Part shown: piece by piece, positions 37,763-48,224 of the stretch
Layout of the letters: each line of letters opens with the position of its first letter
Position numbering within the stretch: the stretch's first letter is position 1
DNA from: Chryseolinea serpens
Lineage (GTDB): Bacteria > Bacteroidota > Bacteroidia > Cytophagales > Cyclobacteriaceae
DNA: 64,000 bases
Reading direction: 5' to 3'
NCBI RefSeq assembly: GCF_900129725.1
Contig: NZ_FQWQ01000003.1
Span: 404,686 to 468,685 of the forward strand
Position numbers and translations under genes: made by a program
Notes under the pieces: model-generated
Told to the model about the DNA's origin: nothing
The model's input: only the letters and a program-made list of their open reading frames with translations
Database searches by the model: none

Positions 37763-40700
37763 TCATTCGTTGATCGGCGTTCCTTCTTCAATATTGGCAT
37801 GTTTGGCGGAATAGCCGGTCTCCAGGTTTTGCGGTAAGTCATACGACGGTTTGCTTTCCCGTTGCTGGTATTCCTTTGGTGTGAGCCCAAATTCGGCCCG
37901 GAAGCACTTTGAGAAATAAGAAAGGTTCGAGAACCCCACTTCGTACATGATCTCCGAAATATTGCCCTCCTTGTTCTTCAACAGGAGCGACGCTTTCTTG
38001 ATGCGGTATTTCTTGATGATCTCGTTGGCCCCCAGGTGCGTCAGCGATTTGAGCTTGCGGTAGAGTTGACTGGTGCTCATGCCGATCTCTTCGCCGATCA
38101 TTTCCACGTTGAAGTCCGGGCTGGCGATGTTGGCCTCGATCACGTTCATCACTTTCTTGAGGAACCGGTCGTCTTCGTTTTCGGCACCCTGGTTCATTTT
38201 GGGTTCGGTGATCAATTCATTTTTGAAGAATTGGGCCAGTTCTTTTTTACGCTCCAACAAGTGGTCGATGTGCGCTTCGAGCAATTCTATCTCGAAGGGT
38301 TTGGTAAGGTAGATGTCGGCTCCCATCCGGATGCCTTCAATGCGCTGGCTCACCAGGCTCTTGGCGGTGAGCACGATGATGGGGATATGGCTGGTCTTGT
38401 TGTCGTGTTTGATCCTCCGGCAAAACTCCAGGCCATCCATCACCGGCATCATGATGTCGCTGACGATGATCTCGGGCAACAAGGTGTGCGCCTTGTGCAG
38501 CCCGTCTTCCCCGTTCTCGGCGGTGACAAAACAGTATTTGTTTTTGAGCGACACCTGAATGAGGTCCGTGATGTCGACGTTGTCTTCGACAAGGAGGATG
38601 AGGGGTTTGTTCGACCTCAGGTTGAATTCATACGAATCGCCGGGACTGTTGGCGGCGCGTGTGGCGAGCACGTTCACTTCGCGTCCCTCATCCTGCTGGT
38701 CTACCGGAAAGTGTTCATTGCCCAGGGGCAAGGTGATGGCGAAGGTGCTTCCGGCTCCGGGTTCGCTGGTCAGTTTTGTCTCACCGCGGTGCAGCTTGGT
38801 ATATTCCGACACCAACGTAAGCCCAATGCCCGAGCCGCCTTCCATCTTCCGGGCGTCGTTGGTCTGATAGAACTGCTCAAATATTTTTGCGTGTTCTTCC
38901 GGCGCGATGCCCACACCCGAATCGGCAACGGTCAACCGGACGGAACCTTTGCCAGAGGCATCCCGCTCGATGTCGATGATAAATTCGATCTTCCCATTCC
39001 GGGGAGTGAACTTGAAGGCGTTGGAGAAAAGGTTGAACACAATGATCTCGATCTTTTCCTTATCCGCCCAGATGGGACAGGACTCCACGCGCGGAGTGAA
39101 AATAAAGTCGATCTCGCTGCGCGCGGCCTTGTCGGTAAACAGGTTGTAGAGTTCCTGGCAAAAGGGCACCAGGTCGAACCAGCTGAGCTTCAACGATTGA
39201 TTGCCGTGCTCGATCCGCCGGAAATCGAGAAACTGGTTGATGAGACGCAGCAGCCGTTGCGAATTTTTTTCGGCAATGGTGATCAGGGTTTTATCTTCCT
39301 CGTCCAGGTTGTTCCGTTTGAGGATTTGCTGGATGGGAGGGATGATGAGGGTGATGGGGGTTCGGAGCTCGTGCGAGATGCTGGTGAAGAATTCCTGTTT
39401 AGCCTGAACGATCTCTTCGGCATGTTCTTTTTCGAGGCGCGCGATCTTCACTTCGTTCTTCAATTTTAAGCGGACGCCATAAATCCGGAACGCAATGATG
39501 GTGACCAGGATTGCCACCAACGCATAGGCCACGATAAAACCGGGACTCAGGAAAAGCGGCGGGCGAACCACCACCTGGATGGTGGCTTCTTTCGGGCTCC
39601 AGATGCCATAGTTATTGGTGGCCTTCACGTGGAGGCGATACGTGCCCGGCGACAGATTGGAATACACGGCAAAATTTTTCGTGCCCGATGCATAGGTCCA
39701 GTCGGTGTCGAGGCCTTCCAGCATATAGGCAAACACATTGATGTCGGGCTGCCAGTAGTGCAGCGACGCAAAGCTGAACGTGACGGAGCGCTGCGAATAG
39801 TCGAGTGTTAGGGCTGGGGTGAACGAAACATCTTCTGTGAGCGTGGTATGATTGTTCAATTCCTGGAAGGGCTGGATCGGCTTGTTGTTGATCTCGATGG
39901 AGGTGATGAAAACATCGGGCTGATAGGTGTTGGGCTTGATGTCGGTGGTGAAGCTCACAAAACCATTGTCGCCTCCGAAAAGCAACGCGTTGTCTTTGCT
40001 GCGGGCTACACAACCGGCGTAGAACATTTTTAGCGGAAGGTCTTTGTCCAGCGGAAAAATTTCCGGCGTGGCATTTTGGGGATTGTATTTCAGGATGTAT
40101 TTGTCGGTTGCAGCCCAGATGTTGCCGGAGGGATCGCTGATGAAATTGTTCAACACCACATCGCTGCCGGTGATGATGGGATGAAAACGCGCCGAGTCGG
40201 TGTCGAGCCGGTATTCGATCAATCCGTTCAGCGCCCCGGCCCAGATGCTGCCTTTGGGAGCGTAATACAGGTTGTTGATGTTTTGTCCCTTGGCCGCTCT
40301 GCTAAAGGTTTCGATTTTTTTGGGCACATAGGCATTCAGATCGATCCGGTACAACTCGTGGTTGCGAATGCTCCACAGCGCATTGACAGCGTAAATGATT
40401 TTCTCCGTTCCAAAATCGGCGACGTATTCGAATCTGATCTTATCCAGTTTTTCAAACCCCGACACCATTTTGAAAAGACCGCCCTCCCAGGCGCTGACCC
40501 AGAACGAGCCATCGGGACCCTTGATGAAGCGGGCGATATAGTTGGAGGAGAGACCATTTTCGGCATTGGCGCTGATGGCATGCATGGTTTGCTTCTCATC
40601 GTCCCACACATTGATGCCACCGGCGGTGCCAATCCAGATCCGTCCCAGGTCGTCTTCCTCGAGCGTAAAAACATTGTTGAAGATGATGCGATCCGCTGCC

Positions 40701-41878
40701 GTCGATTCGATGTCGAATATTTTTTGAGCGCCTGTTTTTGGATCCATGCGGATCACACCGTGAATGGTAGCGATCCAAACGATTCCTTTTTTCGACACGA
40801 GAATGGATTTCACCTGGTTGCCGATGGCCTGGTGATCATACTCATAGGTCACGTCGTGATACCGTAGATTCTGGTTGTCTTTGTTGGCTTTGCTGATGCC
40901 ATTGGCGGTGATGAGCCAGATCGTTCCTCCCGAATCTTCAAAGATCTGCCAGATCACATTGTTGGCGATCGAGTAGCTGACACGAGGATTGTGAAAGTAG
41001 ATGGTGTTCTTTTTTGTTTTTGGATCGAACAAGTTCAAACCAAAGTCGGTGCCCAACCAAAGCAGGCCATCGGGGCCGGTGTAGATGTGTTTGATGACCT
41101 CGTTGCTAAAGCCGGAGCTTTTGCCTGCAAAATGCGTGTAGCGGAGGGTTTGCGTGTTGAATAAACACAAACCTGTTTCCGTCCCCACCCACAAAAGGGA
41201 ATCGGCATCCTTCACGGGTTTGATGTCGACGATCAAATTGTTTTTGAGCTCAGGCTTGTAATTTCCTTTCAGGTCGATCGCCAGAAATTCGCCCTTCGCC
41301 GCATCGAACCGGTTGAGCTTGTCGTAGGTGCCGACCCAAAGCGTGCCATGAGCATCTTCATACATGCTGCGGACGGTGTTGTGGCTGAGCTTGCTGTTCT
41401 CGACGGTGTAGGCTTTGAATTTTTTGTCGGGACTGTATTGCCACAAGCCATTCAGCGTTCCGATCCACACATTGCCCTTTTTATCTTTATAGAGTGAGCG
41501 GATGGCGGCGTTGCCCACTTGCGTGATGCGCGAGATCTGAAAGTTGCGCGTGTTGATCCGGCACAATCCCTTCCAGGTGCCCACCCACAACGAGTCGCCG
41601 TCGGCCAGCAACGTGCAGATGCCATTCTCCGGCAGCGAATGCGGATTGTCGGCGCTGCGGAAGGTTTTGAATACATAGCCATCGTATCGCGCCAGGCCGT
41701 TGTCGGTGCCGATCCATATATAATTGTGTGTGTCCTGCGCGACGGTGGCGACAACATTCGAAGGGAGTCCATCGCGCGTCGACAGGTTTGAAAAAAAGAA
41801 AGACTGACCGTACAGAGCGGTCGTGAGGCATAGCGCAACGCCTGTCAACACCAAAACCCATGTCCTTTTTCTGATCAT
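37763..41878 (-). CDS. Hybrid two-component system sensor histidine kinase/response regulator (HTCS) with an AraC HTH
   Basis: It has a signal peptide, a propeller with Y_Y_Y (FAYMLEGLDTDW), a TM, the H-box FFTSISHELRTPITLI, HATPase (GSGIGLTLV), REC (LILLVEDNVDI...IIVSDIMMPVMDG) and an AraC HTH (LTHLGANEIIKKYRIKKAS...). Length is about 1370 aa. It is divergent from the SusC at 42177. Confidence 0.85.
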   Translation of the reverse strand: MIRKRTWVLVLTGVALCLTTALYGQSFFFSNLSTRDGLPSNVVATVAQDTHNYIWIGTDNGLARYDGYVFKTFRSADNPHSLPENGICTLLADGDSLWVGTWKGLCRINTRNFQISRITQVGNAAIRSLYKDKKGNVWIGTLNGLWQYSPDKKFKAYTVENSKLSHNTVRSMYEDAHGTLWVGTYDKLNRFDAAKGEFLAIDLKGNYKPELKNNLIVDIKPVKDADSLLWVGTETGLCLFNTQTLRYTHFAGKSSGFSNEVIKHIYTGPDGLLWLGTDFGLNLFDPKTKKNTIYFHNPRVSYSIANNVIWQIFEDSGGTIWLITANGISKANKDNQNLRYHDVTYEYDHQAIGNQVKSILVSKKGIVWIATIHGVIRMDPKTGAQKIFDIESTAADRIIFNNVFTLEEDDLGRIWIGTAGGINVWDDEKQTMHAISANAENGLSSNYIARFIKGPDGSFWVSAWEGGLFKMVSGFEKLDKIRFEYVADFGTEKIIYAVNALWSIRNHELYRIDLNAYVPKKIETFSRAAKGQNINNLYYAPKGSIWAGALNGLIEYRLDTDSARFHPIITGSDVVLNNFISDPSGNIWAATDKYILKYNPQNATPEIFPLDKDLPLKMFYAGCVARSKDNALLFGGDNGFVSFTTDIKPNTYQPDVFITSIEINNKPIQPFQELNNHTTLTEDVSFTPALTLDYSQRSVTFSFASLHYWQPDINVFAYMLEGLDTDWTYASGTKNFAVYSNLSPGTYRLHVKATNNYGIWSPKEATIQVVVRPPLFLSPGFIVAYALVAILVTIIAFRIYGVRLKLKNEVKIARLEKEHAEEIVQAKQEFFTSISHELRTPITLIIPPIQQILKRNNLDEEDKTLITIAEKNSQRLLRLINQFLDFRRIEHGNQSLKLSWFDLVPFCQELYNLFTDKAARSEIDFIFTPRVESCPIWADKEKIEIIVFNLFSNAFKFTPRNGKIEFIIDIERDASGKGSVRLTVADSGVGIAPEEHAKIFEQFYQTNDARKMEGGSGIGLTLVSEYTKLHRGETKLTSEPGAGSTFAITLPLGNEHFPVDQQDEGREVNVLATRAANSPGDSYEFNLRSNKPLILLVEDNVDITDLIQVSLKNKYCFVTAENGEDGLHKAHTLLPEIIVSDIMMPVMDGLEFCRRIKHDNKTSHIPIIVLTAKSLVSQRIEGIRMGADIYLTKPFEIELLEAHIDHLLERKKELAQFFKNELITEPKMNQGAENEDDRFLKKVMNVIEANIASPDFNVEMIGEEIGMSTSQLYRKLKSLTHLGANEIIKKYRIKKASLLLKNKEGNISEIMYEVGFSNLSYFSKCFRAEFGLTPKEYQQRESKPSYDLPQNLETGYSAKHANIEEGTPINE

Positions 41879-42176
41879 ACCGGTTGCCTTCACATTGAAA
41901 ATTACGGCTTTCGACTAAAAACCGAAATGGGTGGGATTGGGATGGCCGGCGTCGGCAGCCTGCCAGCGGAGGGGAAGTCAAAATGAAAAGCTGTGAAATC
42001 AGGATGAATTTGGAGGTTTTCGAGTCAAAAACCCGTCAGGGGATGGTGATATTTTTTTTATAAACGACCTTTTTTTGCTGTCGTCCTGACCGATTTTTTT
42101 CCATTTGTGCGCAATTTTTTTCGCCCGCCGAAACCGTTTGAATCGAACTTGCAAACGGTTGAAACCAAATCTGCTT

Positions 42177-45100
42177 ATGAATATAAAACTACTCACTCTC
42201 TTAGGCTTACTGATCATGGCCGGCGGTGTTTTTGCCCAGGGGCAAACCGTCCGGGGCAAGGTCCTGTCCGGCGACGACGGTGGCGCCTTGCCCGGGGTCA
42301 GTATCCTTGAAAAAGGAACGACCAATGGCACCGTCACCGATGGCGAAGGAAATTTCACCATTGTGGTAAAGGACGGCGGCACACTAAGCTTCTCTTTTGT
42401 AGGCTATGCCACACAAGAGCTCCAACCCGCCAACCAAACCAACCTCACCATCACCTTGCTCCCCGACATCAAAGCCTTGAGCGAGATCGTGGTGGTGGGC
42501 TATGGCTCGAATCAGAAAAAAGATCTGACCGGCGCCGTGGTGGCCGTGAAACCTGAAGACCTGAACAAGGGCGTGGTCTCCTCGCCGCAGGACATGCTCA
42601 TCGGTCGCATTGCCGGTGTGCAGGTGAGCACCACCGACGGCTCTCCGGGCGCAGGCGCCACCATTCGCATCCGCGGCAGCGGCTCCATCTCAGCCAACCA
42701 GGAGCCGCTGATCGTGGTTGATGGTTTTCCGCTGGATGCCAACGCTGTGACGGGCCAATCCAACGGCCTGGCGTCCATCAATCCCAACGACATTGAAACG
42801 TTCACCGTCCTTAAAGATGCATCGGCCACCGCCATCTATGGTCTGCGGGCTTCCAACGGCGTGATCATCATCACCACCAAAAAAGGAAAAGAAGGCAAGC
42901 CACAGATTGCCTACAATGGAAATTTCTCGCTGAGCTCACCCATGAAATATGTCGATGTCTTGAGTGGCGATGAAATGCGTTCGCTCACCAGCGAACTGCT
43001 GGCCCGCGGCGATGTGCCCGGTCTCACGGCACAAGCTGCCGAACGACAGGGGGATGCCAACACCGACTGGCAAAAAGAAATCTATCGGAAAGCCTTCACA
43101 CAGGATCACAACGTGAGCGTGTCGGGGGCTTTCAAAAACTTTCCCTACCGTGTATCCTTTGGCCACACCAACCAGGACGGCATTCTGAAAACGACAAACT
43201 TTCAACGGAACTCATTGAACGTAAACCTGACGCCCGAATTTCTGGATGGCGATCTGAAAGTATCCGCGTCATTCAAAGGCACGCATACAAATCAGAACTT
43301 TGGCAACACGGGCGCCGTGGGTTCGGCGGTCTCTTTCGATCCCACCCAGCCGGTGTACAACGGCAGCACGCGGTGGGGTGGCTTCTTCTCGTGGGTGAAT
43401 CCTCCTTCGGCCACCACGATGGATCCGAATGGCGACCCCATCTCCCTGGCCACCAGCAACCCCGTTGCCTTGTTGATGCAGACCGACAACCGTGCCAGTG
43501 TGTATCGCGGCATCGGCACCTTGCAGATCGACTACAGGCTTAAATTTTTGCCCGCGTTAAAACTCACCGCCAACGGAGGCTTCGACTACTCAAGCTCGAA
43601 AGGCCACAATAACAATCCGACCAACGCAGCCTTCACCTATGCCAGCGGAATAGGACAACTGAACGACTACACCGGCGAAAACAAATCGAAACTCCTGGAC
43701 TTGTATGCCAACTACACCAAGGCCATCGGCAAAAGCAACCTGGACGTGACCGTGGGGTATTCCTATCAACGGTTTGACCGCGATGGCTCCAGCTTCATCC
43801 GCAACGCGGCCCAAACCATCTTTAGCGACAATTCGCTCGACGCCGAGGGAAATCCGATACCCCGCCAGTACATCTCCAACCCGAACGTGCTGATCTCCTT
43901 CTTTGGCCGATTGAATTATTCCTTCAATGAAAAATACCTCGTCACCTTGTCGTTCCGCGACGACGCGTCTTCACGATTCTCCAAAGACAACCGGTGGGTG
44001 GTCTTCCCTGCGGTGGGATTGGGATGGCATATAAATAAGGAAGCCTTCCTGTCCGGCGTAAGCGCGTTGACCGATCTGAAACTGAGAGCGAGCTATGGCG
44101 TGACCGGGCAACAGGATGTTTCGAATAATCCTTACCCGTATCTGTCAACCTACCAGTCGAGCTCTTCGACCTCGCAATATCAATTTGGAAACGCGTTCAC
44201 CAACACCTATCGCCCGCAACCTTACGACGCCAACCTGAAATGGGAGACGACGGCCCAGACCGACATCGGTCTTGATTTTGATTTCCTGGCCGGGAAACTT
44301 TCCGGTACCATCGATGTCTATCAACGAAAGACCAGCAACCTGATCAACTCCATCCCCATCCCGGGCGGCAGCAACTTTTCAAACGTGTTGGTGACCAACG
44401 TCGGTAACCTGGAAAACAAGGGGATCGAACTCACCCTGAATTCGACGCTGGTGAAGACAAAAAATTTCAAATGGAACGTCGGCGTAAACGCGGCACACAA
44501 CGTCAACAAGGTGACCAAACTGCTCAAGACAGAGGATCCCAACTATCAAGGCGTCAGTGCCGGCGCGATTGGTAAGCAACAGTACATTCAGAACATCCAG
44601 GTGGGCTATCCCATCAACAGCTTCTTTGTTTTGCAGCAGGTCTACAACAGCGAAGGCAAGCCTGTCGAAGGACTGTATGTGGATCGCAGCGGTCAGGGTG
44701 GCGTGGTTTCCGGAAGCGATGACAACAAATACCGGTTGCACAGTCCACAGGCACAATACCTGCTGGGGATCAATTCGCGGGTGAACTATAAGCAGTGGGA
44801 CTTTTCTTTTTCGGGACGCGCCAGCTTTGGCAACTATTTGTACAATGGCATTCAGGCCGGCTCGGCCAACTACGCAAACCTGTACCAGTCCATCGGATTC
44901 TTCACCAACATGCCCGCAGCCATCAGGAACACGGACTTCTATACCTATCAGGCCTTCTCGGATTATTACATCGAGAATGCTTCCTTCTTCAAGATGGATA
45001 ACATGAGCCTGGGCTACAATGTGAAACCGATGTTGTCGGACAAGCTGAAAGCGCGGGTGAGCCTCACGGTTCAGAACGCCTTCTTCATCACGAAGTACAG

Positions 45101-45191
45101 CGGCATCGACCCGGAAGTGAGCACGGGCATCGACAACAACATCTATCCACGCGCCCGGGTGTTTATGCTGGGTGTAAACCTTACCTATTAA
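42177..45191 (+). CDS. susC: SusC/RagA-family TonB-dependent outer membrane transporter
   Basis: The start at 42177 gives MNIKLLTLLGLLIMAGGVFAQ. It has a CarboxypepD_reg-like domain (VRGKVLSGDDGGALPGVSILEKGTTNGTVTDGEGNFTI) and a plug (EIVVVGYG). The barrel ends in RVFMLGVNLTY. The stop overlaps the SusD start (TAATG). Confidence 0.9.
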   Translation: MNIKLLTLLGLLIMAGGVFAQGQTVRGKVLSGDDGGALPGVSILEKGTTNGTVTDGEGNFTIVVKDGGTLSFSFVGYATQELQPANQTNLTITLLPDIKALSEIVVVGYGSNQKKDLTGAVVAVKPEDLNKGVVSSPQDMLIGRIAGVQVSTTDGSPGAGATIRIRGSGSISANQEPLIVVDGFPLDANAVTGQSNGLASINPNDIETFTVLKDASATAIYGLRASNGVIIITTKKGKEGKPQIAYNGNFSLSSPMKYVDVLSGDEMRSLTSELLARGDVPGLTAQAAERQGDANTDWQKEIYRKAFTQDHNVSVSGAFKNFPYRVSFGHTNQDGILKTTNFQRNSLNVNLTPEFLDGDLKVSASFKGTHTNQNFGNTGAVGSAVSFDPTQPVYNGSTRWGGFFSWVNPPSATTMDPNGDPISLATSNPVALLMQTDNRASVYRGIGTLQIDYRLKFLPALKLTANGGFDYSSSKGHNNNPTNAAFTYASGIGQLNDYTGENKSKLLDLYANYTKAIGKSNLDVTVGYSYQRFDRDGSSFIRNAAQTIFSDNSLDAEGNPIPRQYISNPNVLISFFGRLNYSFNEKYLVTLSFRDDASSRFSKDNRWVVFPAVGLGWHINKEAFLSGVSALTDLKLRASYGVTGQQDVSNNPYPYLSTYQSSSSTSQYQFGNAFTNTYRPQPYDANLKWETTAQTDIGLDFDFLAGKLSGTIDVYQRKTSNLINSIPIPGGSNFSNVLVTNVGNLENKGIELTLNSTLVKTKNFKWNVGVNAAHNVNKVTKLLKTEDPNYQGVSAGAIGKQQYIQNIQVGYPINSFFVLQQVYNSEGKPVEGLYVDRSGQGGVVSGSDDNKYRLHSPQAQYLLGINSRVNYKQWDFSFSGRASFGNYLYNGIQAGSANYANLYQSIGFFTNMPAAIRNTDFYTYQAFSDYYIENASFFKMDNMSLGYNVKPMLSDKLKARVSLTVQNAFFITKYSGIDPEVSTGIDNNIYPRARVFMLGVNLTY

Positions 45192-46789
45192 TGCATACTC
45201 CTATGAAAATCATATCCTTTAAAATGACCATGGTGATGCTGACGGTGTTCGCGCTGCTCACATCCTGTTTCAGCGATCTCGATCCCCAACCGCTGGGCCC
45301 GAATTCGGTCACGTCGGCGTATGCCTACAACACTCCGGCGGATTATAAAATGGGGCTGGCCAAACTATATGCCAGCTTTGTCGTGGCGGGTCAGTCGGGT
45401 CCCGGCGCCGACCCGGACATCTCCAACCTCGATATTGGTTTTGGGATCTACCTGAGAGGCTATTGGAATCTCCAGGAGCTGACCACCGACGAGGCTGTTT
45501 ACAGCTGGACCGAGGATGGCACCATCCACCCGCTCCATTGGCAAACATGGACGCCCACGAACACCTTCATCGGTGCGTTGTATACGCGCGTGATGCTCAC
45601 CGTCGCCTATTGCAATGAGTTTATCCGTGCGTCCGCAGCATCGACGAATACGGACGTGAAAATGTATCATGCCGAGGCCCGCTTCATCCGCGCGCTCGCC
45701 TACAGCCACGCGCTCGATCTTTTTGGCAATCCACCCTTCGTGACGGAAGCCGATGAGCCGGGATCATTTTTTCCAAAGCAAACCACGCGCGCAGATTTGT
45801 ATGCTTACATCGAAAAGGAACTGACGGAAATCGAGGAAGGTTTGGGCGAACCTAAATTTGAATACGGCCGTGCCGATAAGGCCGCGTTGTGGATGCTTCA
45901 GGCTAAACTCTACCTGAACGCTAAAGTCTATTCCGGAACAGAGAGAAATACGGAATGTATCACAGCCCTGAATAAACTCCTGTCGCGCAATGCCTATACG
46001 CTCTCGACCGAATATCGTCACAATTTCGTGGCTGACAACAATACCAGCCCCGAGTTGATCTTCACCATCAACCACGACGCCGTGCACACGCAGACGTATG
46101 GTGGTATGGCCTATATCATTCATGGAGAAATTGGCGGCAACATGAATTCGGCCGACTTCGGCGTATCGAGCGGCTGGGCACAAAATCGTGTCACGCCCGA
46201 ATTCGTCGCGAAATTTCCCGACACGAGTGGCGATAGCGATGCGCGCGCCATGTTCCACACCGATGGACAGAAGTTGGAGATCGACGACGTGGGCACGTTC
46301 ACCGACGGCTATGCCGTAACAAAATTCACGAACAAAACCCTGGCCGGCGGCAGCGCACCCAGCGGGGGCAGCATCGATTTTGTGGATACCGACTATCCCA
46401 TGTTCCGCCTGGCCGATGCCTACCTCATGTATGCGGAAGCCGTGTTGCGGGGAGGCGCGGGAGGCTCGCAGTCCACTGCGCTTGACTATGTGAACGCGAT
46501 CCGCACAAGAGCCTTCGGCGATGACTCGGGCAACATCAATGCCGGCCAGTTAACGCTGTCGTTCATTCTCGACGAAAGAGCACGCGAGCTCTACTGGGAA
46601 GGCCACCGCCGCACCGACCTCATCCGCTATGGGCTGTTGACGGGTGGCGACTATTTGTGGTCATGGAAAGGAAACACCAAAGCCGGCGCGCCCACCGAGG
46701 CATTCCGAAACCTGTTTCCCATACCGGCCTTCGAACTGGCGGCCAACCCAACCCTGAAGCAAAACGATGGCTACCCCGGTGGCGAGTAA
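45191..46789 (+). CDS. susD: SusD/RagB-family nutrient-binding lipoprotein
   Basis: It has a lipobox (LTSCFS) and SusD motifs (ARFIRALAYSHALDLFGNPPF; FRLADAYLMYAEA; ARELYWEGHRRTDLIRYG). Length is 532 aa. Confidence 0.85.
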   Translation: MHTPMKIISFKMTMVMLTVFALLTSCFSDLDPQPLGPNSVTSAYAYNTPADYKMGLAKLYASFVVAGQSGPGADPDISNLDIGFGIYLRGYWNLQELTTDEAVYSWTEDGTIHPLHWQTWTPTNTFIGALYTRVMLTVAYCNEFIRASAASTNTDVKMYHAEARFIRALAYSHALDLFGNPPFVTEADEPGSFFPKQTTRADLYAYIEKELTEIEEGLGEPKFEYGRADKAALWMLQAKLYLNAKVYSGTERNTECITALNKLLSRNAYTLSTEYRHNFVADNNTSPELIFTINHDAVHTQTYGGMAYIIHGEIGGNMNSADFGVSSGWAQNRVTPEFVAKFPDTSGDSDARAMFHTDGQKLEIDDVGTFTDGYAVTKFTNKTLAGGSAPSGGSIDFVDTDYPMFRLADAYLMYAEAVLRGGAGGSQSTALDYVNAIRTRAFGDDSGNINAGQLTLSFILDERARELYWEGHRRTDLIRYGLLTGGDYLWSWKGNTKAGAPTEAFRNLFPIPAFELAANPTLKQNDGYPGGE

Positions 46790-46798
46790 ACCAAAAAA

Positions 46799-48199
46799 AT
46801 GAACGACATGAAAAACAAAATTATACCCTTCATACTCGGTTTTGCGCTCCTGGCCTTATGGGCTTGCGAGGAAGACACGCAGATCGTGACCATGAAAGAA
46901 AACGTAGCCGCGAATACACTCGCCCCGCTATCGGGATCTACCTACACGCTCTCGTATGACGACGGCGACAAAGACTTCGAAACGTTCACATGGTCAGTGC
47001 CCGACTATGGCTTCGAAGCGGCGGTGGATTACACGCTGGAGATCGACAAAGCAGAATCCGATTTTTCGGATCCGTTCACGCTTCCTTCGGCAAACAACAC
47101 CACGGCAACCATGACCGTGGGCGAGTTGAATGCAGCCTTGCTTGGCTTGGGATTGACTCCGGAAGAAGCGGCAGGCATCAAAGTAAGAGTCCGTTCGTCT
47201 GTCAACGCCAAGGTGTCGCCGGTTTACTCAACCGTTATTAACCTGACAGTAACACCCTACGCCACCACGTTTCCTCCCGTTTACATCGTCGGCGATGCCC
47301 AAGGTTGGAACCTGGCGAACGCATTGGTGTTGCAGAGCACGGGACCCGGCACCTATGAAGCCACGGGCGTTTTCCAGAACAACGGCAAGTTCAGGCTCTT
47401 TGCCACAGCGGACTGGACGGCTCAACAGTGGGGATGGAGTTTCTTCAGTGGCGGAACTATAGCCAGCGAGTTGTCGGATGGCGGCGATGGCGACTCGAAT
47501 TTTCTGTTTGGTGGTGCTTCGGGATATTATAAGGTCACCGTTTCGTTAAAGGATAAGGTCATCGCCGTGGAAGCCGCTTCGGCGCCGACGCTGTTTATTA
47601 TCGGCGACGCGCAGGGTTGGGATTTGAACAAGGCGTTGGAGATGCACAGCTTGGGGGGTGGCGAGTTTGAAGTGATCGGACAATTTCAGGAGAATGGAAA
47701 ATTCAGATTCTTTGTGTCTCCCGATTGGGCTGCAGATCAGTATGGCCATAGCTTTTTTGCCAGCGGCACGATCGATAGCAAGTTGGGCGACGGCGCCGAT
47801 GGCGATTCGAATTTCCTGTTCAATAGCACAACGGGAGTCTACAAACTGGTGGTCAACATCAATACCAAGACGATCACCGTGGAGGCCACAGACGAACCCA
47901 CGCTTTACCTGATCGGCGACGACCAGGGCTGGAACCTGGGCAACGCATTTAAAATGACGTGGCTCGGCGGCGGCAAGTATACGGGCACGACAAATTTTAC
48001 AAACAATTCCATCTTCCGCTTTTTCGACAGACCCGATTGGTCCGCCGGTTTTGGTAACTTTCCCTATTTCGAAGAAGGAACCATCAGCCCGCAGCTGATC
48101 AATGGGGGAGGGAACGATTCCAATTTCAAGTTCACGGGAACAACGGGGTCGTATACCATCACTGTGGATCTTTATAACCTCGAAGTAGACATGCCCTAG
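46799..48199 (+). CDS. SusE/SusF-like outer membrane lipoprotein with three tandem about 104-aa glycan-binding-like repeats
   Basis: It has a lipobox (LALWACEED). The N-terminal domain is SusE-like. Three repeats begin at IVGDAQGWNL, IIGDAQGWDL and LIGDDQGWNL. Each has conserved G-F/RF-DW-G-S-G-DG-D-SNF-F and ends in a beta-strand (KVIAVEA, KTITVEA, YNLEVDM). Confidence 0.65.
   Translation: MNDMKNKIIPFILGFALLALWACEEDTQIVTMKENVAANTLAPLSGSTYTLSYDDGDKDFETFTWSVPDYGFEAAVDYTLEIDKAESDFSDPFTLPSANNTTATMTVGELNAALLGLGLTPEEAAGIKVRVRSSVNAKVSPVYSTVINLTVTPYATTFPPVYIVGDAQGWNLANALVLQSTGPGTYEATGVFQNNGKFRLFATADWTAQQWGWSFFSGGTIASELSDGGDGDSNFLFGGASGYYKVTVSLKDKVIAVEAASAPTLFIIGDAQGWDLNKALEMHSLGGGEFEVIGQFQENGKFRFFVSPDWAADQYGHSFFASGTIDSKLGDGADGDSNFLFNSTTGVYKLVVNINTKTITVEATDEPTLYLIGDDQGWNLGNAFKMTWLGGGKYTGTTNFTNNSIFRFFDRPDWSAGFGNFPYFEEGTISPQLINGGGNDSNFKFTGTTGSYTITVDLYNLEVDMP
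47267..48196 (+). repeat. Three in-frame tandem repeats (about 313 nt each) inside the SusE/F-like gene
   Basis: Repeat units start at about 47267, 47583 and 47897. Conserved codon blocks are visible at the DNA level (atcggcgacgc(g/c)cagggttgg(a/g)a(c/t)). Confidence 0.7.
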
Positions 48200-48224
48200 A
48201 TCATTTATTTTGAATTTAGTCTGA

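Noticed and set aside
38036-39469. A 477-aa ORF on the + strand inside the minus-strand HTCS gene
   Set aside because: It is antisense to a well-supported 1370-aa domain-rich gene. The translated sequence is D/V/F/G/L-rich with no motifs, typical of antisense frames in about 55% GC coding DNA.
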